A stretch of DNA of 64,000 bases from Akkermansiaceae bacterium (GCA_964195715.1 CAXMRU010000057.1:5015-69014), one strand, 5' to 3'; positions 1 to 10,355 are shown, counted from the first letter of the stretch. Notes: generated by a model from the letters alone, not told the origin. Program-made: numbers and translations.

Positions 1-270
1 GACTCTGAATCACGAACATCTCAATCGGCTCCCCGTGGGTTCGGGCCCCCTCGGACCCGGCTGAGATCTGGTTTGATGACGGATCTAAAGTCTTTCAAAT
101 GACTATCAACAGTTTATCATCAACAGGAGGGTTGTGGGACCTTCGCTTGATCGCAATAGCAGAAGTGGTATCATCGGTCGCCTGGTCGGCAGTCTGAGAT
201 TCGAGACGGAGGAAGAGGCAACCGGCGACCTGAAGGCCTGTACATATTTCGACGGAGATCCAGGACCAGC

Positions 271-1452
271 ATGTCAAAGCACGAAGCTGTAATTCCCGGG
301 AACAGGTCTTCGAGGAGCGGCCGCTGGCTGGCAGTCTGCTTGCCCGCCCTGGCACTGTTCGCGCTGGCCTGTAGCCAGGAAGCCGAGCAGGGAGCGGCAG
401 TGTCAGCGAGCGATGAGCCGGCAGTAGAGATCTGGGCACACCCGGTCCGGAGCGGGATCAGAGTGTCCGCCCCTCTCGACCTCAAGGCGTCCTCCCGCAC
501 AGTCGTGTGGGGAATCGATGGAGTGGTGCGCGCCGTCATGCGGTATCAGCCCTCGAAGGGCGAGTACGCAGTGTTCGGATTCCGGGACCGTCAGCCTGTG
601 GAGGTGGCGAGCCCCGTACGTCTGGCTGTCGCGGAGAACACCGGCGTATTCGTGTTCGACGACTCCACGGGCATGCTGGATCTCTACTCACCTGGCGGCC
701 AGCATTTGCGCGGATTCGATCCCCATATGCGGCCGTCGATCCTCGAGATCTCTCGACGTCCCTTGCGGCTCACGTACGGGGTGCGGGCCTTCGGCGAGGA
801 CACGATTCCGACCCTGGCCGTCATTCAGACGAACTTCCTGGGGCAGGATCCGGACACGTTGCTCTCTCCCGATGTCGGGCCCGAGTCGCTGCGACAGGCA
901 CCTGCAGTACGCGGCAACCTCGTCGCCACACCCTCCGTGAGCGGCCTGTGGCTGTTCGCGAAGGCGATATCGGACACCGTATTCGAGGTGTCGGGCGTGG
1001 GGCCTTCCCGGAAACTGGTCCTGCCGGAGACCTTTGCCCTTCGGGCGGGCGTGATCGCAGATCTCCAGCAGCAGATTCTGTGGGTGGTCACGCCGCGCCC
1101 CACCGGCGGACTGGACTACGAGGGTTATGACATCTCCGACAGCGGCGATGGCGCCGAGATCATCGACGGGGCTACGGCCTACCTTGGCGCCCGGTCCACC
1201 CCTCAGTACTTCTCGGCCAAGGTCGCGTTCGACGGGACCGTGTCCGGTTGGTGGCGCTCGGAGAGAGGTGTGTTCTCTCCGAGAGGTTACGACATGCGGA
1301 TCGATGATCTGCGCACCGGCGCGGTTCAGGCTCGCGAAGGGCGCACGCAGAGGCGGGCTGTCAAACTTGAAACATGGGAACGCGAACTGCAGGCACTCGA
1401 AGAAGCACGTGAGGAGCGCGAGGTTCTCCGTAAGGAGGAAGAGCTCGAGTAG
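271..1452 (+). CDS. hypothetical lipoprotein with C-terminal coiled-coil
   Basis: 393-aa ORF. N-terminal signal with lipobox-like LALFALAC-S. Charged Glu/Arg-rich coiled-coil tail. No recognisable catalytic motif. Confidence 0.45.
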   Translation: MSKHEAVIPGNRSSRSGRWLAVCLPALALFALACSQEAEQGAAVSASDEPAVEIWAHPVRSGIRVSAPLDLKASSRTVVWGIDGVVRAVMRYQPSKGEYAVFGFRDRQPVEVASPVRLAVAENTGVFVFDDSTGMLDLYSPGGQHLRGFDPHMRPSILEISRRPLRLTYGVRAFGEDTIPTLAVIQTNFLGQDPDTLLSPDVGPESLRQAPAVRGNLVATPSVSGLWLFAKAISDTVFEVSGVGPSRKLVLPETFALRAGVIADLQQQILWVVTPRPTGGLDYEGYDISDSGDGAEIIDGATAYLGARSTPQYFSAKVAFDGTVSGWWRSERGVFSPRGYDMRIDDLRTGAVQAREGRTQRRAVKLETWERELQALEEAREEREVLRKEEELE

Positions 1453-1585
1453 GAGTAGGACAGCCCAGGCGTTTCCGGTGCGTTCCGGCCACAGATGACA
1501 AGAGGGCCCACCCCACACGGGACCGGCCCTCTTCTCCGATCGCTCCTCGGTACTTCTCGACGAGGCTCTCTGAAAAGTCCCTCTG

Positions 1586-3013
1586 TCAGATGCCGCCCTT
1601 GGCCACCTCGTCGTACAGGCGGGCGATCGTCTCGATGCCCTTGTGATACGTCGCCATGTCTATCCACTCGTTCGGTGCGTGCGCGTTCCCACCTGGTGGC
1701 GCGAAGCCAAGCAGCAGCACCGGCCCCTTGAATATTTCCTCGAACAGGGGAATGATCGGGATCGATCCCCCTTCGCCGATGTAGACCGGTCGCTGCCCGA
1801 ACGAATCCTCGAGCGCCTTCGCCGCCGCCTCGACCAGGGGACTGTCAGGATTCCCCGCCCAGGGCCAGCCGCCGTGCGATGGAACGACCTTCACGGTCAC
1901 GCCCTCGGGCGCTAGCGACTTGATGTACTTCGTGAACAGCTCTGCGATCTCGTCCGGGTCCTGGTCCGCCACGAGTCGCATTGAGATCTTGGCGCTCGCC
2001 TTGGCCGGCAGGACGGTCTTCGAGCCGTCCCCCGTGAAGCCGGAGATCATGCCGTTCACGTCAAGCGCCGGTCGGTACCACAGGCGTTCCAGCGTATTGT
2101 AGCCTTCCTCGCCGCCGAGGGATGGGGCGCCGGTTTCCTCCAGGAACTCCTCGTCCGTGTACGGGAGCGCGCTGACTTTCTCCCGCTCGCTGTCCGTCAT
2201 CGGGCGTACGCGATCGTAGAACCCGGGAATGGTCACGCGGCCCTCGTCGTCCTTGAGCCCGGCAATCATCCGGGCAAGGGCGATCGCCGGGTTCACGACC
2301 GCCCCTCCATAGCTGCCCGAGTGAAGGTCCGTGGCCGGCCCGTCCACGAACACTTCCAGGTAGGCGATGCCGCGCAGACCCGTACCGATCGAGGGAATGT
2401 CGATCCCCAGCATCCCGGTGTCGCTGACGATCACGGCGTCGCACGACAGACGCGCCGCCTGCTCATGCAGGAATCTCTCCAGGTGCGTGCTACCGACCTC
2501 TTCCTCTCCCTCGATGCACAGCTTCACATTGACCGGCATCCCGAATCCGCCCAGGAGACGAGTCTCGAGGGCCTTGATGTGCATGTGGACCTGTCCCTTG
2601 TCATCGTTCGTGCCGCGCGCGTACATACGGCCATCGCGCACGTCGGGCTCAAAAGGCGGCGAGTCCCAGAGATCGATCGGATCCACCGACTGCACGTCGT
2701 AGTGCCCGTACACGAGCAGCGTGGGCGCGTCCGGATCGACGATCTTTTCGGCCACGACGAATGGATTCCCGTCGGTCGGAATGATCTCGACGTTGTCCAT
2801 CCCCGCCGCACGGATGGCGTCCGCCAGCCACTCGGCGCAGCGAGCCAGGTCGCCCTCGAAACCCGTCTCCGTGCTTACGCTGGGAATGCTCAGGAACTCC
2901 ACGAGCTCTTTTTCAAATCGCTCACCGTTCGAGCGGAAGTATGCGGTCAGGTCTGCACTCACGATTCTACTCCGCTTGTTTAATGTTGCGTGAAGATTCG
3001 CCACTCCGCTCAA
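1586..3013 (-). CDS. M20 family dipeptidase / peptidase (ArgE/DapE/PepV-like)
   Basis: 475-aa ORF with M20 signatures (LLVYGHYDVQ, ARGTNDDKGQ, metal-binding His/Asp/Glu pattern). A GTG at 2962 preceded by GGAG would remove the 47-nt overlap with the upstream dehydrogenase, so the start is uncertain. Confidence 0.8.
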   Translation of the reverse strand: MSGVANLHATLNKRSRIVSADLTAYFRSNGERFEKELVEFLSIPSVSTETGFEGDLARCAEWLADAIRAAGMDNVEIIPTDGNPFVVAEKIVDPDAPTLLVYGHYDVQSVDPIDLWDSPPFEPDVRDGRMYARGTNDDKGQVHMHIKALETRLLGGFGMPVNVKLCIEGEEEVGSTHLERFLHEQAARLSCDAVIVSDTGMLGIDIPSIGTGLRGIAYLEVFVDGPATDLHSGSYGGAVVNPAIALARMIAGLKDDEGRVTIPGFYDRVRPMTDSEREKVSALPYTDEEFLEETGAPSLGGEEGYNTLERLWYRPALDVNGMISGFTGDGSKTVLPAKASAKISMRLVADQDPDEIAELFTKYIKSLAPEGVTVKVVPSHGGWPWAGNPDSPLVEAAAKALEDSFGQRPVYIGEGGSIPIIPLFEEIFKGPVLLLGFAPPGGNAHAPNEWIDMATYHKGIETIARLYDEVAKGGI

Positions 3014-4247
3014 GAGCCATTTCGAGAGCGGCAGCTAGAAGGCCGTGCTCCGCGTTTCCTGCCCGGCACACCACCTCATCCACGGCGTCTCCGACCGTGG
3101 CCTCGATTGATTCGAAGACGATATGAGGCTGCAGCGGGAAATCGGAGCGGCTCTGGCACGCGAAGGCGTGCGCCGTGCCACAGCTCGCTATGATGTCTGC
3201 CATTACGGTGAATCGCTCGTCGGCCTCTTGCTCAACCGACGTATCGCCCGGGGAATCTGCCGCGAACGGGTGATTGGCCCCGGCAACGATGGATCGGACT
3301 CCCGCGTCGTGCAATCGGTCGAGAACTGTACGGTCCAGCGTTCCGGACGCCGCAGCAGCGACGAGCATGTCGGCGGGGGTATCGAACAACCCCTCCGGCG
3401 ACACCCAAAGAGAACCATCGCGCACCGCCGGCAGCGTGTTTCCTTCCCGACGGAGCAACAGCTCCTCGATCTCGTTCACCGATAATCCCGCCTCGTCCAG
3501 GATGCCACCCCGCGCGTCCACGATGCCCACGATTCGGAATCCGGCTCGTACCATGTAGAGCGCCGTCGCTCCACCCACAGTCCCGAAGCCCTGGAGCAAC
3601 ACTCTGGTATCGGAGGGTTCATGTCCCTGATGGTGGAGAAGACGCAAGGCGGACTGGGTCACGCTGTACCCGGTCACGAGCGCGAAAACACGGGCCTCCT
3701 TGCCGGCCAGGCCGTACTCCGGTGGCACTGGCTGATCGAGGCCAATGTGCATGAGCTCACAGCGGCGGCCGAGAGCTTCGCCGTCCAGTCCAAAATGGCC
3801 GCGCAGCACGCCGATCTGCGGATGTCCGACCCCGATGTCGCGGCATATCGGGATCACCTCATCGATCTCGCTCACGTTCAGGTCACCGGCCGTGCCGTAC
3901 CGAGTAAGGAGCTCGGAGCGGATCGCGCCGAACCAGCGTTCCAGAACCTGCGCCTTGCGAGGGTCTGATGGATCGAAGTCGATGCCCGACTTCGCGCCAC
4001 CGATGTCCGGGCCGGCGAACGCGAATTTCAGCTCCATCGCCTTTGCCAGGAAGGTCACTTCGTCGCGGGTCAGCCCGACCCGCATGCGCGTGCCGCCGCC
4101 GGCCGCGCCTCCCTTGAGGCTGTTGATGACGAGCCATCCCCGGGCGGCGGTTTCCCTATCGTTCCACTCGAAAACGATCTCGGGCGCCGCCCGGAAGTAC
4201 TCCTGATAGTCCTGCCAGACCTCTTCGTCGCGCGTGTTGCCTGCCAT
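2967..4247 (-). CDS. Glu/Leu/Phe/Val-family amino-acid dehydrogenase
   Basis: Start set at the internal ATG (MAGNTRDEEV...). The ORF's upstream extension is Arg/Pro-rich junk. Motifs: LKGGAAGGGTRM (glycine-rich region of ELFV dehydrogenases) and NAD-binding GFGTVGG. Confidence 0.75.
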   Translation of the reverse strand: MAGNTRDEEVWQDYQEYFRAAPEIVFEWNDRETAARGWLVINSLKGGAAGGGTRMRVGLTRDEVTFLAKAMELKFAFAGPDIGGAKSGIDFDPSDPRKAQVLERWFGAIRSELLTRYGTAGDLNVSEIDEVIPICRDIGVGHPQIGVLRGHFGLDGEALGRRCELMHIGLDQPVPPEYGLAGKEARVFALVTGYSVTQSALRLLHHQGHEPSDTRVLLQGFGTVGGATALYMVRAGFRIVGIVDARGGILDEAGLSVNEIEELLLRREGNTLPAVRDGSLWVSPEGLFDTPADMLVAAAASGTLDRTVLDRLHDAGVRSIVAGANHPFAADSPGDTSVEQEADERFTVMADIIASCGTAHAFACQSRSDFPLQPHIVFESIEATVGDAVDEVVCRAGNAEHGLLAAALEMALERSGESSRNIKQAE

Positions 4248-4275
4248 CACCTGGCCGGGCTGCGCGAGACGCGGA

Positions 4276-6267
4276 TCAGCCTTCGACCGCCTCCCACTCG
4301 TTGTTCGATCGATCCAGATCCGGGTAGTAGCCGTCCGGATCGATCGTGACTTTCTGCAGGTCGCCCGAGGTGGCCACCGTACCGGTCGCCGTCCGTGTAC
4401 CGGCCCACACCGAGGCTGGCCACACAACCGTTTCGGACGAACCATCGGCGTACTCGAGCCTCATCTCCACGGGCATGACGCCGCTGGACAGGTTCGACAC
4501 GGTGATGTCGGCGGAACCGGCGCCAGGCAGGACTTGATCCAGCGCTTGATCCAGCGTCGCCTCGCCAAAGAACCAGGGCTGCCAGAACCAGTCGAGGTCC
4601 GCGGCGGCGGCTTCCGACATCATCGCGAAAAAGTCCCACGGCATGGGGTGCTTGAACGCCCAGGTCGCCGCGTAGTCCTTGTAGAACGCGTCGAACTTCT
4701 CCTGGCCGATCATGTGCCCAATGGTGTGGAGCAGCATCCCCGGCTTGCTGTACGCGGCGACATTCTGACCGAACATGTGCTCGGCGTAGTCCGCGTGACC
4801 CATGATGGGCTCCTGCATCTCCATCTGGACGACCATCTGGTAGCCCCGGTCGTCGCCCGGACGCGTGACAGGATTCTCGTAATAGTCGGCCATGGCGAGC
4901 GACGTATTGTACGTCGTCAGGCCTTCGTCCATCCAGGGATACGCCATCTCCTTCGTGCCGACGATCATCGGCATCCAGAAGTGGCTCAGCTCGTGCGTAA
5001 CGACGCCGTTGAGCCCCCGATCCTTGGCCTGGTGGGTGATGAACGTGATCATCGGGTATTCCATCCCGCTGACCTCGGGCGGACCCATGGCAGCCGTAGC
5101 CTGCGGATACGGATACGGAAGGATGTAGTCAGAGAAGAACTCGATGGCGTGCTTGGCATACAGGGTTGCCGGGGCCCAGTGGTCCATCGCCGGATCGAAC
5201 ACGTTCTGGATCAGCGCCCTGCCCCGCTCGTGCCCGGTCTCGGCGCCGGTGACGTGCCACACGTAGGTACCACCCGCGGCGAACGCGAAGTCGCGTACCA
5301 TCTCGGCTTCGAGGCGCCATGTATGCCAACCGTCGTCCGACGGGGCCGTCGCGTTGCCGGCTTCCCTGTCCTCGATGCTAACGACCTTAACGACCGTGTC
5401 GAGCGCGGCGGCAGACTCGAGAGTTTGCACAGCCTCGGGCCGCAGGACCTCGTCCGCGTTCGTGAGCATACCGGTGCCCACGACGAGCCATCCCTCGGGG
5501 ACCGTCACGTCCACCGTGAAGTTGCCGTAGTCCGTGTAGAACTCGCCGCTGCCCAGGTAGGGGGATTGGTCCTGCCCGAACACGTCGTCGAACACTGCAA
5601 CCTGGGGATACCACTGGGCGAGCTGGAAGATCTCGTTGTTCAGGTGGCCCATGCGGAAGCCGCCGCTTCCGGCGACGACGAACGACCAGTCCACCTCGAG
5701 CTCGATCACACCGCCGGAAGCGAGCGGCTCCGGAAGCGAGATCACCGCGAGCGTTCCGTTCACACGGTACCCGGGATCCTGCGGCCCGCGCTGCTGCTGT
5801 CCGAAGAATCGCCGGGACGGAAGCTCGTCGAGGTCCATGCCGCCGGCCGCGACGCGGTCAAGCGTCATACCGCCGGTGATAGTGGTACTCCGGCCGCGTG
5901 GCGAGCCTTCCGCGAACACATTCTGGTACAGGTGAAGTACGATGACCGGACGCTCGTGTGGCGTCTCGTTGCGGATCGTGATCGTCTCACTCGCCGTCAC
6001 GAGGGCGGTCTCCGGCTCGATCTTCACATCGATGTCGTAGTCTACCCACTGCTGCCAGTAGTCGGGGCCCGGTCGGCCATCCGCCGTGCGGGTGCCCGCC
6101 TCGATCGCGGCAACGTAGCCGTCGGGGGGCTGCACCGGGTTGAATACGGGATAGTCGACGACCAGTCCTTCCCCGTCCGCCGGGTTGCTAGCCTGAGCCG
6201 CGACCTGCGGCGCAGTGGCACCCACCATGATCGCGATCGCTGTGACTCGATAACTCCACACTTTCAT
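4276..6267 (-). CDS. secreted M1-family zinc metallopeptidase
   Basis: Signal peptide MKVWSYRVTAIAIMVGATAPQVAAQA. HExxH (VTHELSHFWM) followed by WMDEGLTTY, the gluzincin third-ligand Glu. About 664 aa. Confidence 0.7.
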   Translation of the reverse strand: MKVWSYRVTAIAIMVGATAPQVAAQASNPADGEGLVVDYPVFNPVQPPDGYVAAIEAGTRTADGRPGPDYWQQWVDYDIDVKIEPETALVTASETITIRNETPHERPVIVLHLYQNVFAEGSPRGRSTTITGGMTLDRVAAGGMDLDELPSRRFFGQQQRGPQDPGYRVNGTLAVISLPEPLASGGVIELEVDWSFVVAGSGGFRMGHLNNEIFQLAQWYPQVAVFDDVFGQDQSPYLGSGEFYTDYGNFTVDVTVPEGWLVVGTGMLTNADEVLRPEAVQTLESAAALDTVVKVVSIEDREAGNATAPSDDGWHTWRLEAEMVRDFAFAAGGTYVWHVTGAETGHERGRALIQNVFDPAMDHWAPATLYAKHAIEFFSDYILPYPYPQATAAMGPPEVSGMEYPMITFITHQAKDRGLNGVVTHELSHFWMPMIVGTKEMAYPWMDEGLTTYNTSLAMADYYENPVTRPGDDRGYQMVVQMEMQEPIMGHADYAEHMFGQNVAAYSKPGMLLHTIGHMIGQEKFDAFYKDYAATWAFKHPMPWDFFAMMSEAAAADLDWFWQPWFFGEATLDQALDQVLPGAGSADITVSNLSSGVMPVEMRLEYADGSSETVVWPASVWAGTRTATGTVATSGDLQKVTIDPDGYYPDLDRSNNEWEAVEG

Positions 6268-6411
6268 CACTCTCCACCTCCCCATCGTCCTCTACCTCCG
6301 TGTAGTGTTCTATCTGACGCCTGATCCCCTCCCGTCAGTAACAGATATGGTCCGGTTCCCGCTGCCTGTTCAACAGGCTGTTCAAGAGGTACAGCCATTA
6401 AGACGGGCAAC

Positions 6412-7803
6412 CTACTTCGGAGCCTCGAAGTCCGTCCAGTTGAGGAGAGGCAACAACTGGTGCCTGCCTTCGTGTCGCCAGTCAGGCGGTGGCCACGCCA
6501 CTGAGCCGAGTGGCGCGATTCGGCCCACACCCAGACGAGTCGCGAGCACAGCGAGTTTCCGGAGTCCTTCCGCGCCAGAGAATCCGAACGTCTGGATCCT
6601 CCCCTCCAGGGGCCTCAGCACCTCTTCAAGGGTCTCGAGGTCCGGAACCCGGTGAACCCAGACTACGCGAGGCAGTGATTCTGTCCGGGCCGCCGGGCTC
6701 TCGCTGACCAGGATCGTCCAGGCCAGGGACTCGCCCGGCGCTTCGACTCCCAATCCTCCGTCCCCGTACCCTCCGAATTCAAACATCGCACGCGCCGAGC
6801 GGATCGCCACGGCTTCCTCCGCCGTCGGATCGGGAGGAGGGTGATCCCGGGTTCGCTCCTCGAGAGCGCCGGCGAGACGGCTCACGAATGCACCGGTAGC
6901 CAAGCCAACCACGTACACAAGGCGAGGCGACACGCAACCCTGCTGATCGTAAGCACATACGTCCCTGGCGAGGGCCGCAGCCGCTTCCTCCTGTGGAGTG
7001 TCCGGCAGCAAGACGGCCACGCCGGTTCGGGGACCGTACGAAATCAGGTCTGTATGCGCCGGCAGCGCGCCCCGCACAGCCTCCACCGCCGCAGCACCGC
7101 CGTACACCACGACCTTACCGGCCCATTTAGTCCACTCACGCCACGCCGCCGGGAAGTGCGATCCGGGCCACCATGTCGCAGCGAGCGAGCGACCCAGCAG
7201 TGGATCTTCCTCGGCCAGCAGACGAGCGAACATCGGGAGCAGCCCGGGCTCGGCCTCTGGCAGCTTGCACAGAACACCCGAGCGGGCCAGAAGAGCCCGG
7301 ATCGTGGCCGTAATCGCTACGCCGGGAACGTTGCCGGCAAGTACCTGCAGCACCACGGGCGCGCCGACGGCTCTACGCCGCCGGACGCCCGGACCTTCCC
7401 ATCGCTCATCCCGCACGAAGCCGTCGAGCACTGCGGGGCCGCCCAGTTCCGAGTCGACCAGTCCCGCGAGTGCGTCGGTCGTCCACGTCCGGGCCATCCC
7501 GTCCAGGGTGTCACGTATCAGGCGGTCGTCCCACCCGAGTTCGGCGTGAAGGAGCTCCCTCGTGGCAATGCCCGCGCTCCCTTCGGCCGTGAGCCGCGCG
7601 GCGGCGGCCCCGATCGCCTGGATCACGTCTGTGGTCGCCCGATGAGCCCGCGCTTCGAGCGCTCCCTCCCTGATGTGCGCCGCCACGATCCCGGCCTCCG
7701 TGCCTGACAGGGACGGGGCCCGGAAGGCGCTCCCGGCATGTGTGCGTCCCTCCAACCACTCGGTGGGCGTCGGAAGCCCCGGAAGGTGCCAGGCTTCAAA
7801 CAT
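6412..7803 (-). CDS. LuxC-like acyl-CoA (fatty acyl) reductase
   Basis: About 463 aa, start chosen at MFEAWHLPG. Aldehyde-dehydrogenase-like fold with the LuxC-type catalytic Cys context (YDQQGCVSPRLVYVV) and GNVPG. Overlaps the upstream LuxE-like gene by 8 nt. Confidence 0.6.
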   Translation of the reverse strand: MFEAWHLPGLPTPTEWLEGRTHAGSAFRAPSLSGTEAGIVAAHIREGALEARAHRATTDVIQAIGAAAARLTAEGSAGIATRELLHAELGWDDRLIRDTLDGMARTWTTDALAGLVDSELGGPAVLDGFVRDERWEGPGVRRRRAVGAPVVLQVLAGNVPGVAITATIRALLARSGVLCKLPEAEPGLLPMFARLLAEEDPLLGRSLAATWWPGSHFPAAWREWTKWAGKVVVYGGAAAVEAVRGALPAHTDLISYGPRTGVAVLLPDTPQEEAAAALARDVCAYDQQGCVSPRLVYVVGLATGAFVSRLAGALEERTRDHPPPDPTAEEAVAIRSARAMFEFGGYGDGGLGVEAPGESLAWTILVSESPAARTESLPRVVWVHRVPDLETLEEVLRPLEGRIQTFGFSGAEGLRKLAVLATRLGVGRIAPLGSVAWPPPDWRHEGRHQLLPLLNWTDFEAPK

Positions 7804-8914
7804 GCTCCTGCGCCTCCAGAAGCTCCGCGGTCGCCAGCGAGCACCCACGGGGCGGCGCTCCCTCCGTGCGGCCGATCCATTCGATTCCCTCACCGACGAT
7901 GCGGCCCCTGTCTTCAGTGAGCACCGAGCACACGCTGCCCAGGTTCGCCAGATCGTAGTGACACAGGATTCCGGTCTGGCCGTCCGGGAGCTCCTCGAGT
8001 GTCACGGGATCAAGCACCCACGACCGCAGCCACGGCGGACCCAGCAGCGGCACGCCTGGATCGCCATGGCCGTAGCGCTGCGACAGCAGTTCGGTCATCC
8101 CGAACTCGTTGACGATCGTCTCGAGCCGGAGACCCAGCTGGCCGCACAGACCTGTCAGAACGGCGGCGCGCTCCAGGCCCTCACGCGCCTTCACGCCTCC
8201 CGTATCCATCAGTCTGGATCCCGATGGGAGCGGGGACGTGATGGATCGTCCGTCCGTCAGCCGCTCCAGCCATTCAGCGAATCCGAGCGTCGTCCCCAGA
8301 AGGCACAGCGGCAGGTCCAACCGGACGGCGTACGCCACCACGCCGTCCAGCGCCGTCCAGTCGACTCCGTCCGCGGTCGCAACGCTGCCTCCAAGCTCAC
8401 TCGCGAAGCCCGCGCGAACGTCATCCAGCATCCAGCCGAGCGATGATGTCGGATCATACGTAAAGGATGGTGGTAAAGTCACTATGTTTGCTGCGACTTC
8501 ACCCTCGAGGACGAATGCGCGGAACGTGGCGCGAAGCGAAGCACGATACAGCTCCAGAGACCGGACCAGGTGACGCCCCCTCCGTGAAGACCCACGGCTC
8601 GTCCCACTCGTCAGGAATGTGAGCTTCGCCCCACTGGAAGGTCCGACGATCAGGTCCACCGCGCGAAAGGCAGCCGTCGGAACCGGTGGCACGTCCCTCC
8701 ACCCGGACACATCGCCGGGCCTCACACGTCGGGTTTCGCAGTACTTGCGGTATGTCGAGTTCTCCGCGAACTGCAATGCGAACGCGCGCCGCGCCCACTC
8801 ATTCAGCCGATCGTCGTCCCATTCGCTCCCACCCGGCATCCACCGATCGAACGCGGCCGCACACTCGGCCGCCAGTGAGTCGAAGTCGTTCCCAACCGGC
8901 GTGTGTATCGTCAT
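7796..8914 (-). CDS. LuxE-like acyl-protein synthetase (acyl-AMP forming)
   Basis: Start set at MTIHTPVGNDF. Adenylate-forming signature FLTSGTSRGSS. Overall resemblance to the LuxE acyl-protein synthetase family. About 372 aa. Confidence 0.6.
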   Translation of the reverse strand: MTIHTPVGNDFDSLAAECAAAFDRWMPGGSEWDDDRLNEWARRAFALQFAENSTYRKYCETRRVRPGDVSGWRDVPPVPTAAFRAVDLIVGPSSGAKLTFLTSGTSRGSSRRGRHLVRSLELYRASLRATFRAFVLEGEVAANIVTLPPSFTYDPTSSLGWMLDDVRAGFASELGGSVATADGVDWTALDGVVAYAVRLDLPLCLLGTTLGFAEWLERLTDGRSITSPLPSGSRLMDTGGVKAREGLERAAVLTGLCGQLGLRLETIVNEFGMTELLSQRYGHGDPGVPLLGPPWLRSWVLDPVTLEELPDGQTGILCHYDLANLGSVCSVLTEDRGRIVGEGIEWIGRTEGAPPRGCSLATAELLEAQEHV

Positions 8915-9041
8915 ACGCGAAATGTGTGCGCGGGAACCCGGAGCGACAAGCGGAGGACCTGCGGTGGGGAGGAAGTTGCCGGCGCGGGCACGGTCATGGT
9001 CATGGGCCAACTGGTCCCGCGCCCGCCGCACGTGTGCTGAT

Positions 9042-10355
9042 TCAGTGCGTATCCAACCTACCTGTGTGATGTTCTCCTTTACGTACCCACTTTACCTCCA
9101 CGGCATCTTCGTGTTCCGCATCGGCCAACACCTGACGTAACGTCGCTACGCTACTACAGTTCACCTTATCTACCTCAACCACGACGTCCCCATCTCGCAG
9201 GCCCATCCGATCCGCCGGAGTGTCCCGGATCACGCGCATCACCAGGAGGCCATCGTCCACCCCTTCGAAGTATTCCGCCAGGCTTCCGCCGAGCTCCCGG
9301 AATTCCGCTCCGGCCACTCTCATATCGCTGAAAAGCAGCGTCCGCAACTGGCCCGGAACGGGGCGATGCGCAACGTAATAAGCCCATTCTCCGCGGGGAT
9401 CGGTGCGCGTCGTCACGGACAGGGTCAGGCCCAGCGAATCGGTTCCCAGCGTCCGGACCTCGGCGCGCAGGCGGACCAGCGAATCAAGGTGCACCCGGGC
9501 TGACCGAAACGATGAATCCCGCACCCTGACCAGGCGCCTTGCGAGCTCCTCGTTTTCCCACACGTAACGTGGCAGATCCACTCGCACTTCCACGCGTGCT
9601 CCACTCTCCTCATCCTGGGTCACGTCTGCTTCGGACCGCTGGCCCTCGACGACCCTGGCCTGCGCCAACCTTCCGTCGTGCTCCCGCATTCTCTGCAGGA
9701 TTACGCCTGCCTTCTCCGGGTCCCCGACCTCGATCTTGAAGCTGCCCTCATCATCTTCATGGAAGAAGACGAATGCGTTACCGTGCGTACGAAGTGATTC
9801 CAGGCGAACCTCGACCTCATTCAATCGGGCTCGGAGGGAGGGGATCCGCACCACGCGCACGCCTCCTGACGCGTCCTCTGCGAGCTCCTCCGGAAGACCG
9901 AAGAACATCGTCCGCACGTTCATCCACGGATCGGCGGGACGCATTTCGGGCGTGACCCGGATCGTCATTCGGCCGGACGCCCGAGCCAGGCCGAGCTGCA
10001 CCGGCACACCGGCCTCCAGTCCGAGCAGAGCCGCCCGCCCCTCCAGCGTCGTGACGTCCAGTCCATCCACCGACAGCAGCGTGTCCCTTGCCTGCACACC
10101 GGCGAGATCGGCCGGGCCATTCACGACCACCGAGCTCACGACGGGGGGCTGACCACACCTTTCCTCGGCCCTCATGAGCGCATCGCACCGTTCTTCCAGC
10201 AGGACACCGATGCGGGCTTTCTCCTCCTGGACCCAGTTGACCTCTGGCTCCTGCGCTGACAGGCGGCTCGTTCCCGCGACTGTCAAGATCAGCATCGTGG
10301 CGACGACGGCCAGACTCGCTGACAGGCGTCTCATGTTGTGTCGCAACGTCTCCAT
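9042..10355 (-). CDS. secreted PDZ-domain protein (two PDZ domains)
   Basis: Signal peptide. Two PDZ-like segments (GLDVTTLEGRAALLGLEAGVPVQLGLAR and GLRDGDVVVEVDKVNCSSVATLRQVL). No protease catalytic triad recognised. Confidence 0.55.
   Translation of the reverse strand: METLRHNMRRLSASLAVVATMLILTVAGTSRLSAQEPEVNWVQEEKARIGVLLEERCDALMRAEERCGQPPVVSSVVVNGPADLAGVQARDTLLSVDGLDVTTLEGRAALLGLEAGVPVQLGLARASGRMTIRVTPEMRPADPWMNVRTMFFGLPEELAEDASGGVRVVRIPSLRARLNEVEVRLESLRTHGNAFVFFHEDDEGSFKIEVGDPEKAGVILQRMREHDGRLAQARVVEGQRSEADVTQDEESGARVEVRVDLPRYVWENEELARRLVRVRDSSFRSARVHLDSLVRLRAEVRTLGTDSLGLTLSVTTRTDPRGEWAYYVAHRPVPGQLRTLLFSDMRVAGAEFRELGGSLAEYFEGVDDGLLVMRVIRDTPADRMGLRDGDVVVEVDKVNCSSVATLRQVLADAEHEDAVEVKWVRKGEHHTGRLDTH

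Noticed and set aside
4234-6324. 696-aa + strand ORF
   Set aside because: It lies exactly antisense to the well-supported M1 peptidase gene. The translation is Arg/Gly/His-rich low-complexity sequence typical of GC-rich antisense frames.
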